Shown: positions 36,684-46,888, counted from the stretch's first letter. The stretch: DNA of 64,000 bases from an uncultured Blautia sp. (GCA_958367245.1 CATXEA010000003.1:20331-84330), one strand, 5' to 3'. Notes: generated by a model not told the origin, from the sequence alone. Made by a program: numbers and translations.

Positions 36684-36711
36684 TGATTAATTCTCAAAAA
36701 AAAAGTATGAT
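36684..36711 (+). promoter_or_regulatory. Candidate sigma-A promoter for ftsZ
   Basis: TTGATT -35, 16-bp spacer, TATGAT -10, ~80 bp upstream of ftsZ start. Confidence 0.4.
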
Positions 36712-36792
36712 ATATCTATATGTAGCTTAAAACAAAAAACGATAAAAATATACTGAGAAGGATATCAGGTAGAAATAAAAGGAGGAAGTACA

Positions 36793-37959
36793 TTGTTAGA
36801 GATTATGTCAAATGAGGCTGAATCATCTGCAAAGATAATTGTTATTGGCGTAGGTGGAGCCGGAAATAATGCAGTAAACAGAATGGTGGAAGAGGCCATC
36901 GGCGGAGTAGAGTTTGTAGGTGTCAACACTGATAAACAGGCTTTGACTCTGTGTAAAGCTCCGACTGTACTTCAGATTGGCGAGAAGATCACCAAGGGTC
37001 TCGGTGCAGGAGCCCAGCCTGAGGTTGGTCAGAAGGCTGCAGAGGAGAGCATTGAAGAAGTGAAACAGTTAATGGAAGGCGCAGACATGGTATTCGTTAC
37101 CTGTGGTATGGGCGGCGGAACCGGAACAGGTGCTGCACCTGTAATCGCGGCTGCAGCGAAAGAAATGGGTATCCTGACAGTTGGCGTTGTAACCAAGCCT
37201 TTCCGTTTTGAAGCGAAAACAAGAATGAATAATGCCCTTGCAGGGATTGAGAATCTGAAGAAAGCAGTGGATACCTTAATTGTAATCCCGAATGATAAAT
37301 TACTTGAGGTGGTTGACCGCCGTACAACAATGCCGGAAGCGCTGAGAAAGGCTGACGAAGTGCTTCAGCAGGCTGTTCAGGGAATCACTGACCTTATTAA
37401 TCTGCCGGCGCTTATCAATCTGGACTTCGCAGATGTTCAGACTGTTATGACAGACAAAGGTATCGCGCATATCGGTATCGGCGAAGCAAGAGGAGACGAC
37501 AAGGCTATGGAAGCTGTACAGCAGGCTGTATCCTCACCGCTTCTTGAGACAACCATTAAAGGCGCGACTCATGTTATCATCAACATTTCCGGTGACATCT
37601 CTCTTATGGATGCCAACGATGCTGCAAGCTATGTGCAGGAGCTTACTGGTGAAGAGGCAAATATCATCTTTGGTGCAATGTATGATGATACAGTTGCAGA
37701 TTATGCAAGAATCACAGTTATTGCTACAGGTCTTAACGATGAAAAGGCTCAGAGCAGCCCGTTTGGAAACAGAGCTTCCAATGCTGCTTTTGCAAATAAG
37801 AGACCGGCAGCTCAGACAGCAAGTGCGCCGTCTATGGGAATGAATATGCCAAGCTTCAGTCTTCCGACTATGAATGCGACTCCGTTCGGAACCAAGACTC
37901 CGTCCAGCACTGTACAGAGAAAAGATATCCAGATTCCGGATTTCCTGAAAAACAGATAA
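36793..37959 (+). CDS. ftsZ: Cell division GTPase FtsZ
   Basis: GGGTGTG tubulin signature; TTG start (MLEIM..) with strong SD AAAGGAGGAAG 5 nt upstream, matching Bacillus-type MLEF N-terminus. Confidence 0.9.
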   Translation: MLEIMSNEAESSAKIIVIGVGGAGNNAVNRMVEEAIGGVEFVGVNTDKQALTLCKAPTVLQIGEKITKGLGAGAQPEVGQKAAEESIEEVKQLMEGADMVFVTCGMGGGTGTGAAPVIAAAAKEMGILTVGVVTKPFRFEAKTRMNNALAGIENLKKAVDTLIVIPNDKLLEVVDRRTTMPEALRKADEVLQQAVQGITDLINLPALINLDFADVQTVMTDKGIAHIGIGEARGDDKAMEAVQQAVSSPLLETTIKGATHVIINISGDISLMDANDAASYVQELTGEEANIIFGAMYDDTVADYARITVIATGLNDEKAQSSPFGNRASNAAFANKRPAAQTASAPSMGMNMPSFSLPTMNATPFGTKTPSSTVQRKDIQIPDFLKNR

Positions 37960-37981
37960 GAAACACGAATATAATAAAAGA

Positions 37982-38022
37982 GGGAAGATTACCGCAGAAA
38001 CGGTAGTCTTCCCTTTTTCTTT
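37982..38022. terminator. Bidirectional terminator shared by ftsZ (+) and the DUF1540 gene (-)
   Basis: 13-bp stem gggaagattaccg/cggtagtcttccc, T-run on + side, A/T-run on - side. Confidence 0.6.
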
Positions 38023-38338
38023 ACTTTGTTTCGAAGGTATCGCAGCAGGTCTCGCCGGATTTTGCAGCATGACCTCCGTCAACTCTGATTGCGGAAGCCG
38101 TACATTTGCATTTGTCATTGTAAGTGCAGTTGTTGGCTTTACAGTCAATGTGTATTTCGTGACAGCCGCAGCCGCTGCTTGCGCAGTCCGATGCATTTTC
38201 TCCTCTTTTTCGGAAGCTTTCGCAGCTTGTTTCACTGGAGAGACGGGCGTCTTCACCGGCTACAAGGATGTCGCCCTTGGAGCAGAGATGGTTGTCGTTG
38301 TAGACGCAGGTAACTGCAGAACATTTCAGTGTAGTCAT
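38021..38338 (-). CDS. Small Cys-rich protein with two DUF1540-type repeats (105 aa)
   Basis: Two copies of C.V..C.YN...C.A..I.V.G......ET.C.(S/T)F; strong SD AAAGGAGG before ATG at 38338; the longer 195-aa ORF-track version has no SD and a hydrophobic junk N-terminus. Confidence 0.65.
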   Translation of the reverse strand: MTTLKCSAVTCVYNDNHLCSKGDILVAGEDARLSSETSCESFRKRGENASDCASSGCGCHEIHIDCKANNCTYNDKCKCTASAIRVDGGHAAKSGETCCDTFETK

Positions 38339-38494
38339 TTTTTTACCTCCTTTTTGCTGTACAGAAGATAGTCTGCCCGAAAAAATTTTAAATATGCACT
38401 GTACTAAAAAGAAAAAAGATGGTAAAATTAAAAACTGAATGTAACTGCAGATGAAGAGTGCAGAGACTATGAAATAAATATAGGAGAAAAAACA

Positions 38495-39850
38495 ATGGAG
38501 AAAAAAAGAGGAAGTTTTACCAACAAACTGGGATTCGTCCTTGCAGCGGCAGGTTCTGCCGTAGGACTTGGAAACCTTTGGAGATTTCCGTATCTTGCTG
38601 CAAAGCACGGCGGCGGAATTTTCCTTCTGGTGTATCTGATTATTGCCGTTACCTTTGGTTTCGCGTTGATGATCACCGAGATTGCACTTGGAAGAAAGAC
38701 ACGATTAAGTGCGATAGGAGCTTACGATGCTCTTGATAAGAGATTCAAATTTATGGGGTATCTGTCAAGCGCTGTACCGTTTATCATTACCCCGTATTAC
38801 TGTGTAATCGGCGGATGGGTACTGAAATATCTGGTTGTATTTCTGACAAATAATGTATCTTCTGCGGCAGCAGACGGTTATTTTGAGAATTATATCGCAC
38901 AGCCGGCAGCTCCGGTAATCTTTTTCCTGATTTATGTAATTATCGGCTGCGTGGTTGTCATGCTTGGCGTAGAAGGCGGAATTGAGAAGGCAAGCAGAAT
39001 TATGATGCCTGTTCTTGTTATCATTTCCATCGTAGTGTCTGTGTTCAGTATTATGCAGCCGGGCGCATGGGAAGGTGTGAAATATTACCTTCTTCCCGAT
39101 TTCAGCAGATTCAGCGCGACAACCGTGCTTGCAGCTATGGGGCAGTTATTTTATTCCATGTCTCTTGCAATGGGTATTATGATTACTTATGGTTCCTATA
39201 TGAAGAAAGAAAATCATCTGGAGCAGTCAGTGCGTCAGATTGAGATTTTTGATACAGGTATTGCTTTTATGGCAGGTCTTATGATTATTCCTGCAGTATT
39301 TGCTTTCTCCGGCGGAAGTGAGGAAGCTCTTGGCAAAGGCCCGGGACTTATGTTTGTCACACTGCCTAAGGTATTCGAAAATATGAAATTCGGTACTGTG
39401 ATCGGCGCCGTATTTTTCCTTCTTGTACTGTTTGCAGCGCTGACCTCATCTATTTCTCTGACAGAAACACTGGTTTCTATTGTAAGAGACCGTCTCGGAT
39501 GGGGAAGAAAGAAAGCCAGTGTGGTAATCCTTATTTTCCTTTGTGCAGTGGGAATTCCGGTATCTCTGGGATTTGGTATCTGGGATTTCATCGCGCCGAT
39601 GGGAATGAGCCTTCTTGATTTCTGTGACTTCGTCAGCAACAGTGTAATGATGCCGATTGTAGCGATCATAAGCTGTCTGTTTGTCGGTTTTGTCATCAAA
39701 CCGAAGGCAATCATCGATGAGGTGGAAGTGAACGGTCCATTTAAGATGAAAAAATTCTATACTATTATCATTAAATATATTGCACCGATCTGTCTTGTTG
39801 CAATTCTGATTTTTGCAGTCATGGAAGCAATGGGAATGATCACAGTATAA
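38495..39850 (+). CDS. Sodium-dependent transporter of the neurotransmitter:sodium symporter (SNF/NSS) family
   Basis: 451 aa; hallmark GLGNLWRFPY and ~11-12 TM. Confidence 0.85.
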   Translation: MEKKRGSFTNKLGFVLAAAGSAVGLGNLWRFPYLAAKHGGGIFLLVYLIIAVTFGFALMITEIALGRKTRLSAIGAYDALDKRFKFMGYLSSAVPFIITPYYCVIGGWVLKYLVVFLTNNVSSAAADGYFENYIAQPAAPVIFFLIYVIIGCVVVMLGVEGGIEKASRIMMPVLVIISIVVSVFSIMQPGAWEGVKYYLLPDFSRFSATTVLAAMGQLFYSMSLAMGIMITYGSYMKKENHLEQSVRQIEIFDTGIAFMAGLMIIPAVFAFSGGSEEALGKGPGLMFVTLPKVFENMKFGTVIGAVFFLLVLFAALTSSISLTETLVSIVRDRLGWGRKKASVVILIFLCAVGIPVSLGFGIWDFIAPMGMSLLDFCDFVSNSVMMPIVAIISCLFVGFVIKPKAIIDEVEVNGPFKMKKFYTIIIKYIAPICLVAILIFAVMEAMGMITV

Positions 39851-39890
39851 AACAGTTCTCAGCCTGTATGGAAAAGTTTGCGAAAAACTA

Positions 39891-39919
39891 TTGACATTCC
39901 ATACAGGCTGTGTTATTAT
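39891..39919 (+). promoter_or_regulatory. Strong sigma-A promoter for infC-rpmI-rplT embedded in a 14-bp-stem hairpin (39860-39910) that likely also terminates the transporter gene
   Basis: TTGACA, 17-bp spacer, TATTAT; hairpin cagcctgtatggaa/ttccatacaggctg. Confidence 0.45.
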
Positions 39920-39925
39920 ACCGAA

Positions 39926-40130
39926 GTACGTGAGAAAACAAAGCAGAGTGCCACTCTCACCTTAGCGCGAAAAGATGCGACTCGGGTTTATATTGCACAA
40001 TACCACAGGACGATTGTATCAGTGGGTGTAATGGGAGTATGGGCATCTGTCCATGCTTTTTTTCGTATGAGATTATAGAGGGTTACGAGATAACAGTAGG
40101 TCTATCTAAGATGTATGGAGGTGCACAACA
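39926..40130 (+). promoter_or_regulatory. Putative L20-responsive leader/attenuator of the infC operon
   Basis: ~200-nt untranslated leader ending in hairpin gtatgg/ccatgc + TTTTTTT at 40036-40063, 70 nt before infC; matches known Firmicute infC autoregulatory architecture. Confidence 0.4.
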
Positions 40131-40637
40131 ATTAGCAATTTAATGATCAACGAACAAATCAGAGACAAAGAGGTACGCTTAATTGGTCCGGACGGCGAAC
40201 AGCTTGGAATCATGTCCGCGAAAGAAGCGATGTTTAAAGCTCAGGATGCAGGACTTGACCTGGTGAAGATTGCACCGCAGGCGAAACCACCGGTATGCAA
40301 GATTATCGACTACGGTAAATACCGCTACGAGCTTGCAAGAAAAGAAAAAGAAGCGAAGAAGAAACAGAAAACCATCGATGTCAAAGAAGTGCGGCTTTCT
40401 CCAAACATTGATACAAACGACTTAATGACGAAAGTTAATGCAGCCAGAAAGTTCCTTACCAAGGGAGACAGAGTAAAAGTTACATTACGTTTCCGCGGAA
40501 GAGAAATGGCTCATATGGCAAGCAGCAAGCATGTTCTGGATGAATTCGCTGAGAAGCTGGCAGATATTGCGACTGTAGAGAAAGCACCTAAGGTGGAAGG
40601 CAGAAGCATGACCATGTTTTTAGCTGAGAAGAGATAA
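40131..40637 (+). CDS. infC: Translation initiation factor IF-3, probably initiating at AUU (ATT 40131)
   Basis: SD GGAGGTG 7 nt upstream of in-frame ATT; next ATG (40143) is 19 nt from SD; conserved IF3 core EVRLIGPDGEQLG. Confidence 0.85.
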   Translation: MSNLMINEQIRDKEVRLIGPDGEQLGIMSAKEAMFKAQDAGLDLVKIAPQAKPPVCKIIDYGKYRYELARKEKEAKKKQKTIDVKEVRLSPNIDTNDLMTKVNAARKFLTKGDRVKVTLRFRGREMAHMASSKHVLDEFAEKLADIATVEKAPKVEGRSMTMFLAEKR

Positions 40638-40744
40638 TTACTTGTTATTGTTCAAAGAGTATTACTGAGAGCGCTAACGATTATTTAACTGAATGTTACG
40701 TTTAACATTAAAATAAGAGATACCAGATCAAGGAGGAATTTACA

Positions 40745-40942
40745 ATGCCAAAAATTAAAACTTGTAGAGCAGCAGCAAAACGCTTCAAAAAAACAGGTAC
40801 AGGAAAATTACTGAGAAATAAAGCTTACAAGAGCCATATCTTAACAAAGAAATCTCAGAAGAGAAAGAGAAATTTAAGAAAATCTACTGTTGTTGATTCT
40901 ACAAATGTTAAGAGCATGAAGAAAGCATTACCATACTTATAA
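40745..40942 (+). CDS. rpmI: 50S ribosomal protein L35
   Basis: 65 aa MPKIKT...; SD AAGGAGG. Confidence 0.9.
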   Translation: MPKIKTCRAAAKRFKKTGTGKLLRNKAYKSHILTKKSQKRKRNLRKSTVVDSTNVKSMKKALPYL

Positions 40943-40989
40943 GAAGTACTGATAGAAAAGAAGAAGACGAACAGGAGGAAATTTAAGAA

Positions 40990-41346
40990 ATGGCAAGAAT
41001 TAAAGGCGGATTAAACGCAAAAAAAAGACATAATCGTACATTAAAACTGGCAAAAGGTTACAGAGGTGCCCGTTCCAAACAGTACAGAATTGCAAAACAG
41101 TCTGTAATGAGAGCACTCACAAGTGCATACGCTGGCAGAAAACAGAAAAAACGTCAGTTCAGACAGCTCTGGATCGCACGTATCAACGCTGCAGCAAGAA
41201 TGAACGGCTTATCCTACAGCAAAATGATGCACGGTCTTAAAGTTGCAAACATCGATATCAACAGAAAGATGCTTGCTGACCTTGCTGTAAACGATGCAGC
41301 AGGATTCACAGCACTTGCTGAGATCGCTAAAAAAGCAATCGCATAA
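40990..41346 (+). CDS. rplT: 50S ribosomal protein L20
   Basis: 118 aa; MARIKGG...KRR N-terminus typical of L20. Confidence 0.9.
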   Translation: MARIKGGLNAKKRHNRTLKLAKGYRGARSKQYRIAKQSVMRALTSAYAGRKQKKRQFRQLWIARINAAARMNGLSYSKMMHGLKVANIDINRKMLADLAVNDAAGFTALAEIAKKAIA

Positions 41347-41375
41347 TCATAGAGTTTAATAAAATCGCAAATTAG

Positions 41376-41410
41376 AGGGGATTTCCTGAGATGGAAGTCT
41401 CCTTTTTTTA
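41376..41410 (+). terminator. Intrinsic terminator after rplT
   Basis: 11-bp stem (two G-U) aggggatttcc/ggaagtctcct followed by TTTTTTT. Confidence 0.6.
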
Positions 41411-41558
41411 TTTATTTTCAAAAAAATATAAAATTTCTATAAATTTAGACTTGTATTCCCGTATACATCGTGTTATAATCGTTTAAAGTTTTAGAGAATG
41501 AAAGTGATTTTGAGGAGAGAAAATGGCTTTCCAAAAAAAGGTTAAGGAGGATTTTATT

Positions 41559-42707
41559 ATGAAAAACTGGAAAAGAGCAATGAGCATCACAGCAGCCGCA
41601 GCAATGGCAGTATCCGCATTTGCATTACCTGTACAGGCTGCAGATGAAACATTTAAAATCGGCGGTATCGGACCGATGACAGGCGCAGCAGCCGTTTATG
41701 GAAACGCGGTTATGAATTCTATCCAGATTGCAGTTGATGAAATCAACGAAGCAGGCGGAATCAACGGATTTCAGGTTGAGTTCAACCCTCAGGACGATGA
41801 GCATGACGCAGAGAAATCAGTAAATGCTTACAATACACTGAAGGACTGGGGCATGGACGTACTTCTCGGAACTGTTACTTCTGCACCATGTATCGCAGTA
41901 GAGGCAGAGGCAGCCAACGATAATATGTTCCTTCTTACTCCATCTGCAACAGCAATCGAGTCTATTTCCGGTGAGAACGCATTCCGTGTTTGCTTCGCAG
42001 ACCCGGCACAGGGAACAGCATCTGCGAAATATATCGGCGAGAATAAGCTGGCTGAAAAAGTAGCAGTTATCTACGACAGCTCAGACGTATATTCAGCAGG
42101 TATCTATGGAGCATTTCAGGCAGAGGCTCAGAATCAGCCATTCGAAATTGTAGCAGCAGAGGCTTTCACAGCAGACAGTAAGACTGACTTCTCCGTACAG
42201 CTTCAGAAAGCAAAAGACGCAGGCGCAGACATGGTGTTCGTACCATTCTACTATAATGAAATCGCACTTGTGCTGAAACAGGCATCGGATATGGGCTTTG
42301 CTCCGAAGTGGTTCGGCGTTGACGGTATGGACGGTATCCTTTCTCTTGAAGGATTTGATACATCTTTAGCAGAAGGAGTTACTCTTCTTACACCATTCTC
42401 CGCTACAGCAGAGGACGAAAAAACACAGAGCTTCGTAAACAAATATAAAGAGCAGTTCGGCGAAGTTCCGAATCAGTTCGGTGCAGATGCATATGACGGA
42501 ATGTATATTATTAAAGCAGCTCTTGAGCAGGCAGAGGCTACACCGGATATGGATACCAGCGAGCTTTGCGATTTAATGAAAGCAGCTATGCAGGAAATCA
42601 CTTATGACGGAATTACAGGTCATGGAATTACATGGGGCGCAGACGGCGAGCCTGTAAAAGACCCAATCGTAGCTGTGATTAAAGACGGAGCATATGAATT
42701 ACTTTAA
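41559..42707 (+). CDS. Branched-chain amino acid ABC transporter substrate-binding protein (LivJ/LivK-type, secreted)
   Basis: Signal peptide ending VQAADE; type I PBP fold; SD AAGGAGG before ATG 41559 (ORF-track 41523 start lacks SD); upstream TTGTAT-17-TATAAT promoter at ~41451-41488. Confidence 0.8.
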   Translation: MKNWKRAMSITAAAAMAVSAFALPVQAADETFKIGGIGPMTGAAAVYGNAVMNSIQIAVDEINEAGGINGFQVEFNPQDDEHDAEKSVNAYNTLKDWGMDVLLGTVTSAPCIAVEAEAANDNMFLLTPSATAIESISGENAFRVCFADPAQGTASAKYIGENKLAEKVAVIYDSSDVYSAGIYGAFQAEAQNQPFEIVAAEAFTADSKTDFSVQLQKAKDAGADMVFVPFYYNEIALVLKQASDMGFAPKWFGVDGMDGILSLEGFDTSLAEGVTLLTPFSATAEDEKTQSFVNKYKEQFGEVPNQFGADAYDGMYIIKAALEQAEATPDMDTSELCDLMKAAMQEITYDGITGHGITWGADGEPVKDPIVAVIKDGAYELL

Positions 42708-42725
42708 TACATTAGCAAATTGATA

Positions 42726-42770
42726 AAAAAACCCGACAGGGGGTTGCATTGGCAACCCCCTGTTTGTATA
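42726..42770 (+). terminator. Hairpin (attenuating terminator) between SBP and permease genes of liv operon
   Basis: Perfect 12-bp stem acagggggttgc/gcaaccccctgt, 4-nt loop, short T tract. Confidence 0.55.
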
Positions 42771-42799
42771 ATGATTAGGAAAAAAGAAAACATTGAGAG

Positions 42800-43693
42800 G
42801 TGTATCTTATGAGTATTTTATCTTATTTGATCAATGGAATCAGCCTCGGCAGTGTATATGCCATAATTGCATTAGGCTATACTATGGTTTACGGTATTGC
42901 GAAAATGCTGAACTTTGCTCACGGCGACATCATTATGGTAGGCGGTTATGTAACTCTTACATTAATGATGAACAGCGGCTCTCATCCGGTGATTGCCGTG
43001 CTTGCAGCAATTGTGGTATGTACAGTACTGGGTATTGTGATTGAACGGGTGGCGTACCGCCCTTTGAGAAATGCAGCGTCTCCGCTGGCAGTTTTGATTA
43101 CGGCTATCGGTGTCAGCTATCTGCTTCAGAATGTGGTACTTCTGATTTTCGGCTCCAGTCCGAAGAGCTTCCAGTCTGTTATCACTCTTCCTGACCTGAA
43201 GCTTGCAGGCGGTTCTCTTGTGATTACGGCAGAAACGATTGTTACGATTGTAAGCTGTATTGTGATCATGGTCTGTCTGATTACATTTATCAACAAATCC
43301 AAACCGGGACAGGCAATGCTGGCAGTCGCAGAAGATAAGGGCGCTGCACAGTTAATGGGAATCAATGTAAACAGAACCATCGCCCTGACCTTTGCAATCG
43401 GTTCCGGACTTGCGGCTGTTGCAGGCGTACTTCTGTGCTCCTCCTATCCGTCCCTTTCCCCGTATACAGGCTCCATGCCGGGTATCAAAGCTTTCGTAGC
43501 AGCGGTATTCGGAGGAATCGGTTCTATTCCGGGAGCGCTTATCGGAGGTATCCTTCTGGGAGTGATTGAGATTCTGGGCAAAGCATATATTTCTTCCCAG
43601 CTTGCAGATGCCATTGTATTTGCAGTGCTGATCGTAGTGCTTCTTGTGAAACCTACAGGTCTGTTTGGCAAAAATATTCAGGAGAAAGTGTAG
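42800..43693 (+). CDS. livH: Branched-chain amino acid ABC transporter permease (LivH-type)
   Basis: 297 aa polytopic membrane protein, conserved LivH family N-terminus MSILSYLINGISLGSVYA. Confidence 0.85.
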   Translation: MYLMSILSYLINGISLGSVYAIIALGYTMVYGIAKMLNFAHGDIIMVGGYVTLTLMMNSGSHPVIAVLAAIVVCTVLGIVIERVAYRPLRNAASPLAVLITAIGVSYLLQNVVLLIFGSSPKSFQSVITLPDLKLAGGSLVITAETIVTIVSCIVIMVCLITFINKSKPGQAMLAVAEDKGAAQLMGINVNRTIALTFAIGSGLAAVAGVLLCSSYPSLSPYTGSMPGIKAFVAAVFGGIGSIPGALIGGILLGVIEILGKAYISSQLADAIVFAVLIVVLLVKPTGLFGKNIQEKV

Positions 43694-44746
43694 GTGGGGA
43701 AGATGAAAAAGAACGTAAAAGACAACATCATTACATATGGACTTGTACTTGTATTTTTTGCCGTTGTGCAGACCATGCTCAGCACAGGGAAGCTTTCCAG
43801 TCTGTTTAAGGGACTTCTGATTCCGATTTGTGTATATGTGATTCTGGCGATTTCCCTGAATCTGGTTGTAGGTATTTCCGGAGAACTGAGTCTGGGACAT
43901 GCCGGATTTATGTGTGTAGGCGGATTTGCCAGCGCATTTTTTTCGAAATGTATGGCAGAGACGATTCCTTCCGCAGGAATCCGTTTCACCCTTGCAATCC
44001 TTATCGGCGCGGCAGCAGCGGCTGTTTTTGGCATTCTCATCGGTATTCCGGTGCTTCGTCTGCGCGGGGATTATCTGGCTATCGTAACCCTTGCCTTCGG
44101 AGAGATTATTAAGAATGTGATTAATATTTTTTATGTGGGAAAAGACAGCAAGGGGCTTCATATTTCTCTGAAAGACCAGTTTTCCATGGGAATGGAACCG
44201 ACAGGCAAAATGATTATCAGCGGGCCGCAGGGTATTACGGGAACTCCGAAGGATTCCACTTTCCTGATTGGTATTATTCTGATTATCATTACTCTTATCG
44301 TGGTACAGAACCTGATTAATTCCAGAGACGGACGCGCTATTATGGCAATCCGCGATAACCGTATCGCAGCGGAATCCATCGGTATTAATATCACGAAATA
44401 TAAACTGATGGCATTTACTGTTTCCGCAGCCCTTGCAGGTATGGGCGGAGCGCTTTACTCCCACAATCTTGCAACCTTGCAGGCTTCGAAATTCAACTTC
44501 AATACCTCTATTCTTGTTCTGGTATTTGTAGTTCTCGGAGGAATCGGAAATATCCGCGGTTCTATGATTGCGGCGGTTGTACTTACCCTTCTGCCGGAGC
44601 TGCTTCGCGGATTAAGCGATTACCGTATGCTTTTCTATGCGATTGTTCTGATTGTTATGATGCTTCTCAACTGGGCGCCTAAGGCGATTGAGTGGAGAGA
44701 GCGTCTTGTGCAGAAGATATTTAAAAAGAAAGGAAAGGAGGCATAA
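43694..44746 (+). CDS. livM: Branched-chain amino acid ABC transporter permease (LivM-type)
   Basis: 350 aa; membrane protein following livH. Confidence 0.85.
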   Translation: MGKMKKNVKDNIITYGLVLVFFAVVQTMLSTGKLSSLFKGLLIPICVYVILAISLNLVVGISGELSLGHAGFMCVGGFASAFFSKCMAETIPSAGIRFTLAILIGAAAAAVFGILIGIPVLRLRGDYLAIVTLAFGEIIKNVINIFYVGKDSKGLHISLKDQFSMGMEPTGKMIISGPQGITGTPKDSTFLIGIILIIITLIVVQNLINSRDGRAIMAIRDNRIAAESIGINITKYKLMAFTVSAALAGMGGALYSHNLATLQASKFNFNTSILVLVFVVLGGIGNIRGSMIAAVVLTLLPELLRGLSDYRMLFYAIVLIVMMLLNWAPKAIEWRERLVQKIFKKKGKEA

Positions 44747-44749
44747 ATC

Positions 44750-45508
44750 ATGGCAATGCTTGATGTAAATCACTTGAATATTTCTTTCGGCGGTCTTCAT
44801 GCAGTGGATGATTTCCATGTCTCTATTGAAAAAGGACAGCTCTACGGTCTGATTGGACCTAACGGAGCAGGAAAGACCACTATTTTCAACCTTTTAACAG
44901 GAGTATATAAACCGGATGTAGGTAAAATCCTTCTGGACGGTGTAGATATCACAGGCAAAAAGACCATTGATATCAACAAGGCGGGAATTGCCAGAACCTT
45001 CCAGAATATTCGATTATTTGATAAATTAACAGTGCTTGATAATGTAAAGGCAGCTCTTCACGAGCACAACAAATACGGTGTACTCACAGGAATCCTCCGT
45101 CTGCCGAAATATTTTCAGACAGAGAAAAGGATGGATGAGGAGGCGATGGAGCTTCTGAAGGTTTTTGACCTTGATAAAGAAGCGCAGACTCTGGCTTCCA
45201 ATCTTCCTTACGGCAAACAGAGAAAGCTTGAGATTGCGAGAGCTCTTGCAACGAAACCTAAGCTCCTTCTTCTGGATGAGCCTGCGGCAGGCATGAACCC
45301 CAATGAGACAGTGGAACTGATGGAGACGATACGCTTCGTTCGAGACCACTTTGACATGACGATTCTTCTTATCGAGCATGATATGAAGCTGGTATCCGGA
45401 ATCTGTGAGAGACTGACGGTACTGAATTTCGGTCACGTACTTGCGCAGGGAGAGACTTCTGAGGTTCTTCACAATCCGGAGGTTGTCAAGGCATATCTGG
45501 GAGAATAA
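44750..45508 (+). CDS. livG: Branched-chain amino acid ABC transporter ATP-binding protein (LivG-type)
   Basis: Walker A GPNGAGKTT, signature LPYGKQRKLEI, Walker B LLLDEP. Confidence 0.85.
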   Translation: MAMLDVNHLNISFGGLHAVDDFHVSIEKGQLYGLIGPNGAGKTTIFNLLTGVYKPDVGKILLDGVDITGKKTIDINKAGIARTFQNIRLFDKLTVLDNVKAALHEHNKYGVLTGILRLPKYFQTEKRMDEEAMELLKVFDLDKEAQTLASNLPYGKQRKLEIARALATKPKLLLLDEPAAGMNPNETVELMETIRFVRDHFDMTILLIEHDMKLVSGICERLTVLNFGHVLAQGETSEVLHNPEVVKAYLGE

Positions 45509-45520
45509 GGAGGAAGAAGC

Positions 45521-46231
45521 ATGGCTTTACTTGAAGTGAAAGATATTGAGGTTTACTATGGAATGATTCAGGCGCTCAGAGGCGTTTCCTTCGAGGTAAA
45601 CCAGGGAGAAGTTGTGGCTCTTATCGGCGCCAACGGCGCAGGCAAAACAACTACCCTGCATACCATCACAGGACTTCTCCGTGCGAAATCAGGACATATT
45701 CTTTTTAACGGAAATGATATTTCCAAAGTTCCGGCGCACAAAATCGTGACAATGGGCATGGCGCATGTGCCGGAGGGACGCCGTGTATTTGCAAATATGT
45801 CTGTGCTCCAGAATCTGAAGATGGGTGCATATACACGGAAGGATAAAAATGAGATAGAAGCGACAATTCAGAAGGTATATAAGCATTTTCCACGTCTTCA
45901 GGAGAGACAGAATCAGATGGCAGGTACATTAAGCGGCGGAGAGCAGCAGATGCTTGCTATGGGACGGGCGCTGATGAGTCAGCCGAGCATTATCCTCATG
46001 GACGAGCCATCTATGGGATTGTCACCGATTTTTGTAAATGAGATTTTTAACATTATCAAAGAGGTAAGCGAGAGCGGAACTACGGTTCTTCTGGTAGAAC
46101 AGAATGCGAAGAAAGCCCTGTCCATTGCAGATAGAGCCTATGTTCTGGAAACAGGAAAGACAACCCTTGAGGGAAAAGCAGGCGACCTTCTGAACGATGA
46201 ATCTGTACAGAAAGCGTACCTGGGTGAATAA
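45521..46231 (+). CDS. livF: Branched-chain amino acid ABC transporter ATP-binding protein (LivF-type)
   Basis: Walker A GANGAGKTT, signature LSGGEQQML, Walker B ILMDEPS. Confidence 0.85.
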   Translation: MALLEVKDIEVYYGMIQALRGVSFEVNQGEVVALIGANGAGKTTTLHTITGLLRAKSGHILFNGNDISKVPAHKIVTMGMAHVPEGRRVFANMSVLQNLKMGAYTRKDKNEIEATIQKVYKHFPRLQERQNQMAGTLSGGEQQMLAMGRALMSQPSIILMDEPSMGLSPIFVNEIFNIIKEVSESGTTVLLVEQNAKKALSIADRAYVLETGKTTLEGKAGDLLNDESVQKAYLGE

Positions 46232-46264
46232 CAGAAGCAGGAAATCAGATTGGAGGGATTTTAC

Positions 46265-46888
46265 ATGGAAAATTATGTAGTTACCATTGCGAGACAGTAC
46301 GGAAGCGGCGGACGTACAGTAGGTCAGATGCTGGCAGAGAGACTTGGCATTTCTTATTACGATAAAGAAATCGTACATATGGCGTCTGATGAGAGTGGAA
46401 TTGATGTGAAGCTGTTTGGTCAGGTAGAAGGCGGCGCAAGCGTACGCCCTTCTATTTTCAGTAAGAGCGGTCTTTATAAAGGCGGACTGATTCCTCCGGG
46501 AAGCAAGGAATTTATCTCGGATGAGAACCTTTTTAATTATCAGGCAAAGGTTGTCAACGACCTTGCCGAAAAAGAGTCCTATGTTGTGGTAGGACGCTGT
46601 GTAAATTATGTGTTTAAAGACAGACCGAATACCCTTCGCGTATTTGTTCACGCTCCCTGGGATTTCCGCATGGAGAAATCCATGGAAAAAATCAGCGGCA
46701 CTGAAGAGGATGTAGCGAAATTCCTTATGAAAGATGACAAACGGAAACAGGATTACTACAAGCGTTTCGCAGGCGGCGTATGGAATGATGCAACCAATTA
46801 TGATTTATGCTTGAACAGCGGCAAGCTGGGCTTTGAGAAATGTGTAGAATCTATCATTGCACAGATGAAGATTATGGGAATGCTGTAA
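46265..46888 (+). CDS. Cytidylate kinase-like family protein (P-loop NTPase, uncharacterized)
   Basis: N-terminus MENYVVTIARQYGSGG typical of Cytidylate_kin2 family; SD GGAGGG before ATG 46265. Confidence 0.6.
   Translation: MENYVVTIARQYGSGGRTVGQMLAERLGISYYDKEIVHMASDESGIDVKLFGQVEGGASVRPSIFSKSGLYKGGLIPPGSKEFISDENLFNYQAKVVNDLAEKESYVVVGRCVNYVFKDRPNTLRVFVHAPWDFRMEKSMEKISGTEEDVAKFLMKDDKRKQDYYKRFAGGVWNDATNYDLCLNSGKLGFEKCVESIIAQMKIMGML

Noticed and set aside
38021-38608. Extended 195-aa version of the DUF1540 gene
   Set aside because: The upstream 90 codons are hydrophobic junk with no SD. A strong AAAGGAGG SD precedes the internal ATG at 38338, giving a 105-aa two-repeat DUF1540 protein.
40660-40700. 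Small hairpin AATGTTAcgtTTAACATT between infC and rpmI
   Set aside because: Short AT-only stem without a U-tract. It is likely insignificant or merely a modest mRNA structure.
43352-44464. 370-aa minus-strand ORF
   Set aside because: Antisense to the liv permease genes. Its His/Cys/Asn/Lys-rich composition is non-protein-like and it has no motif or SD.
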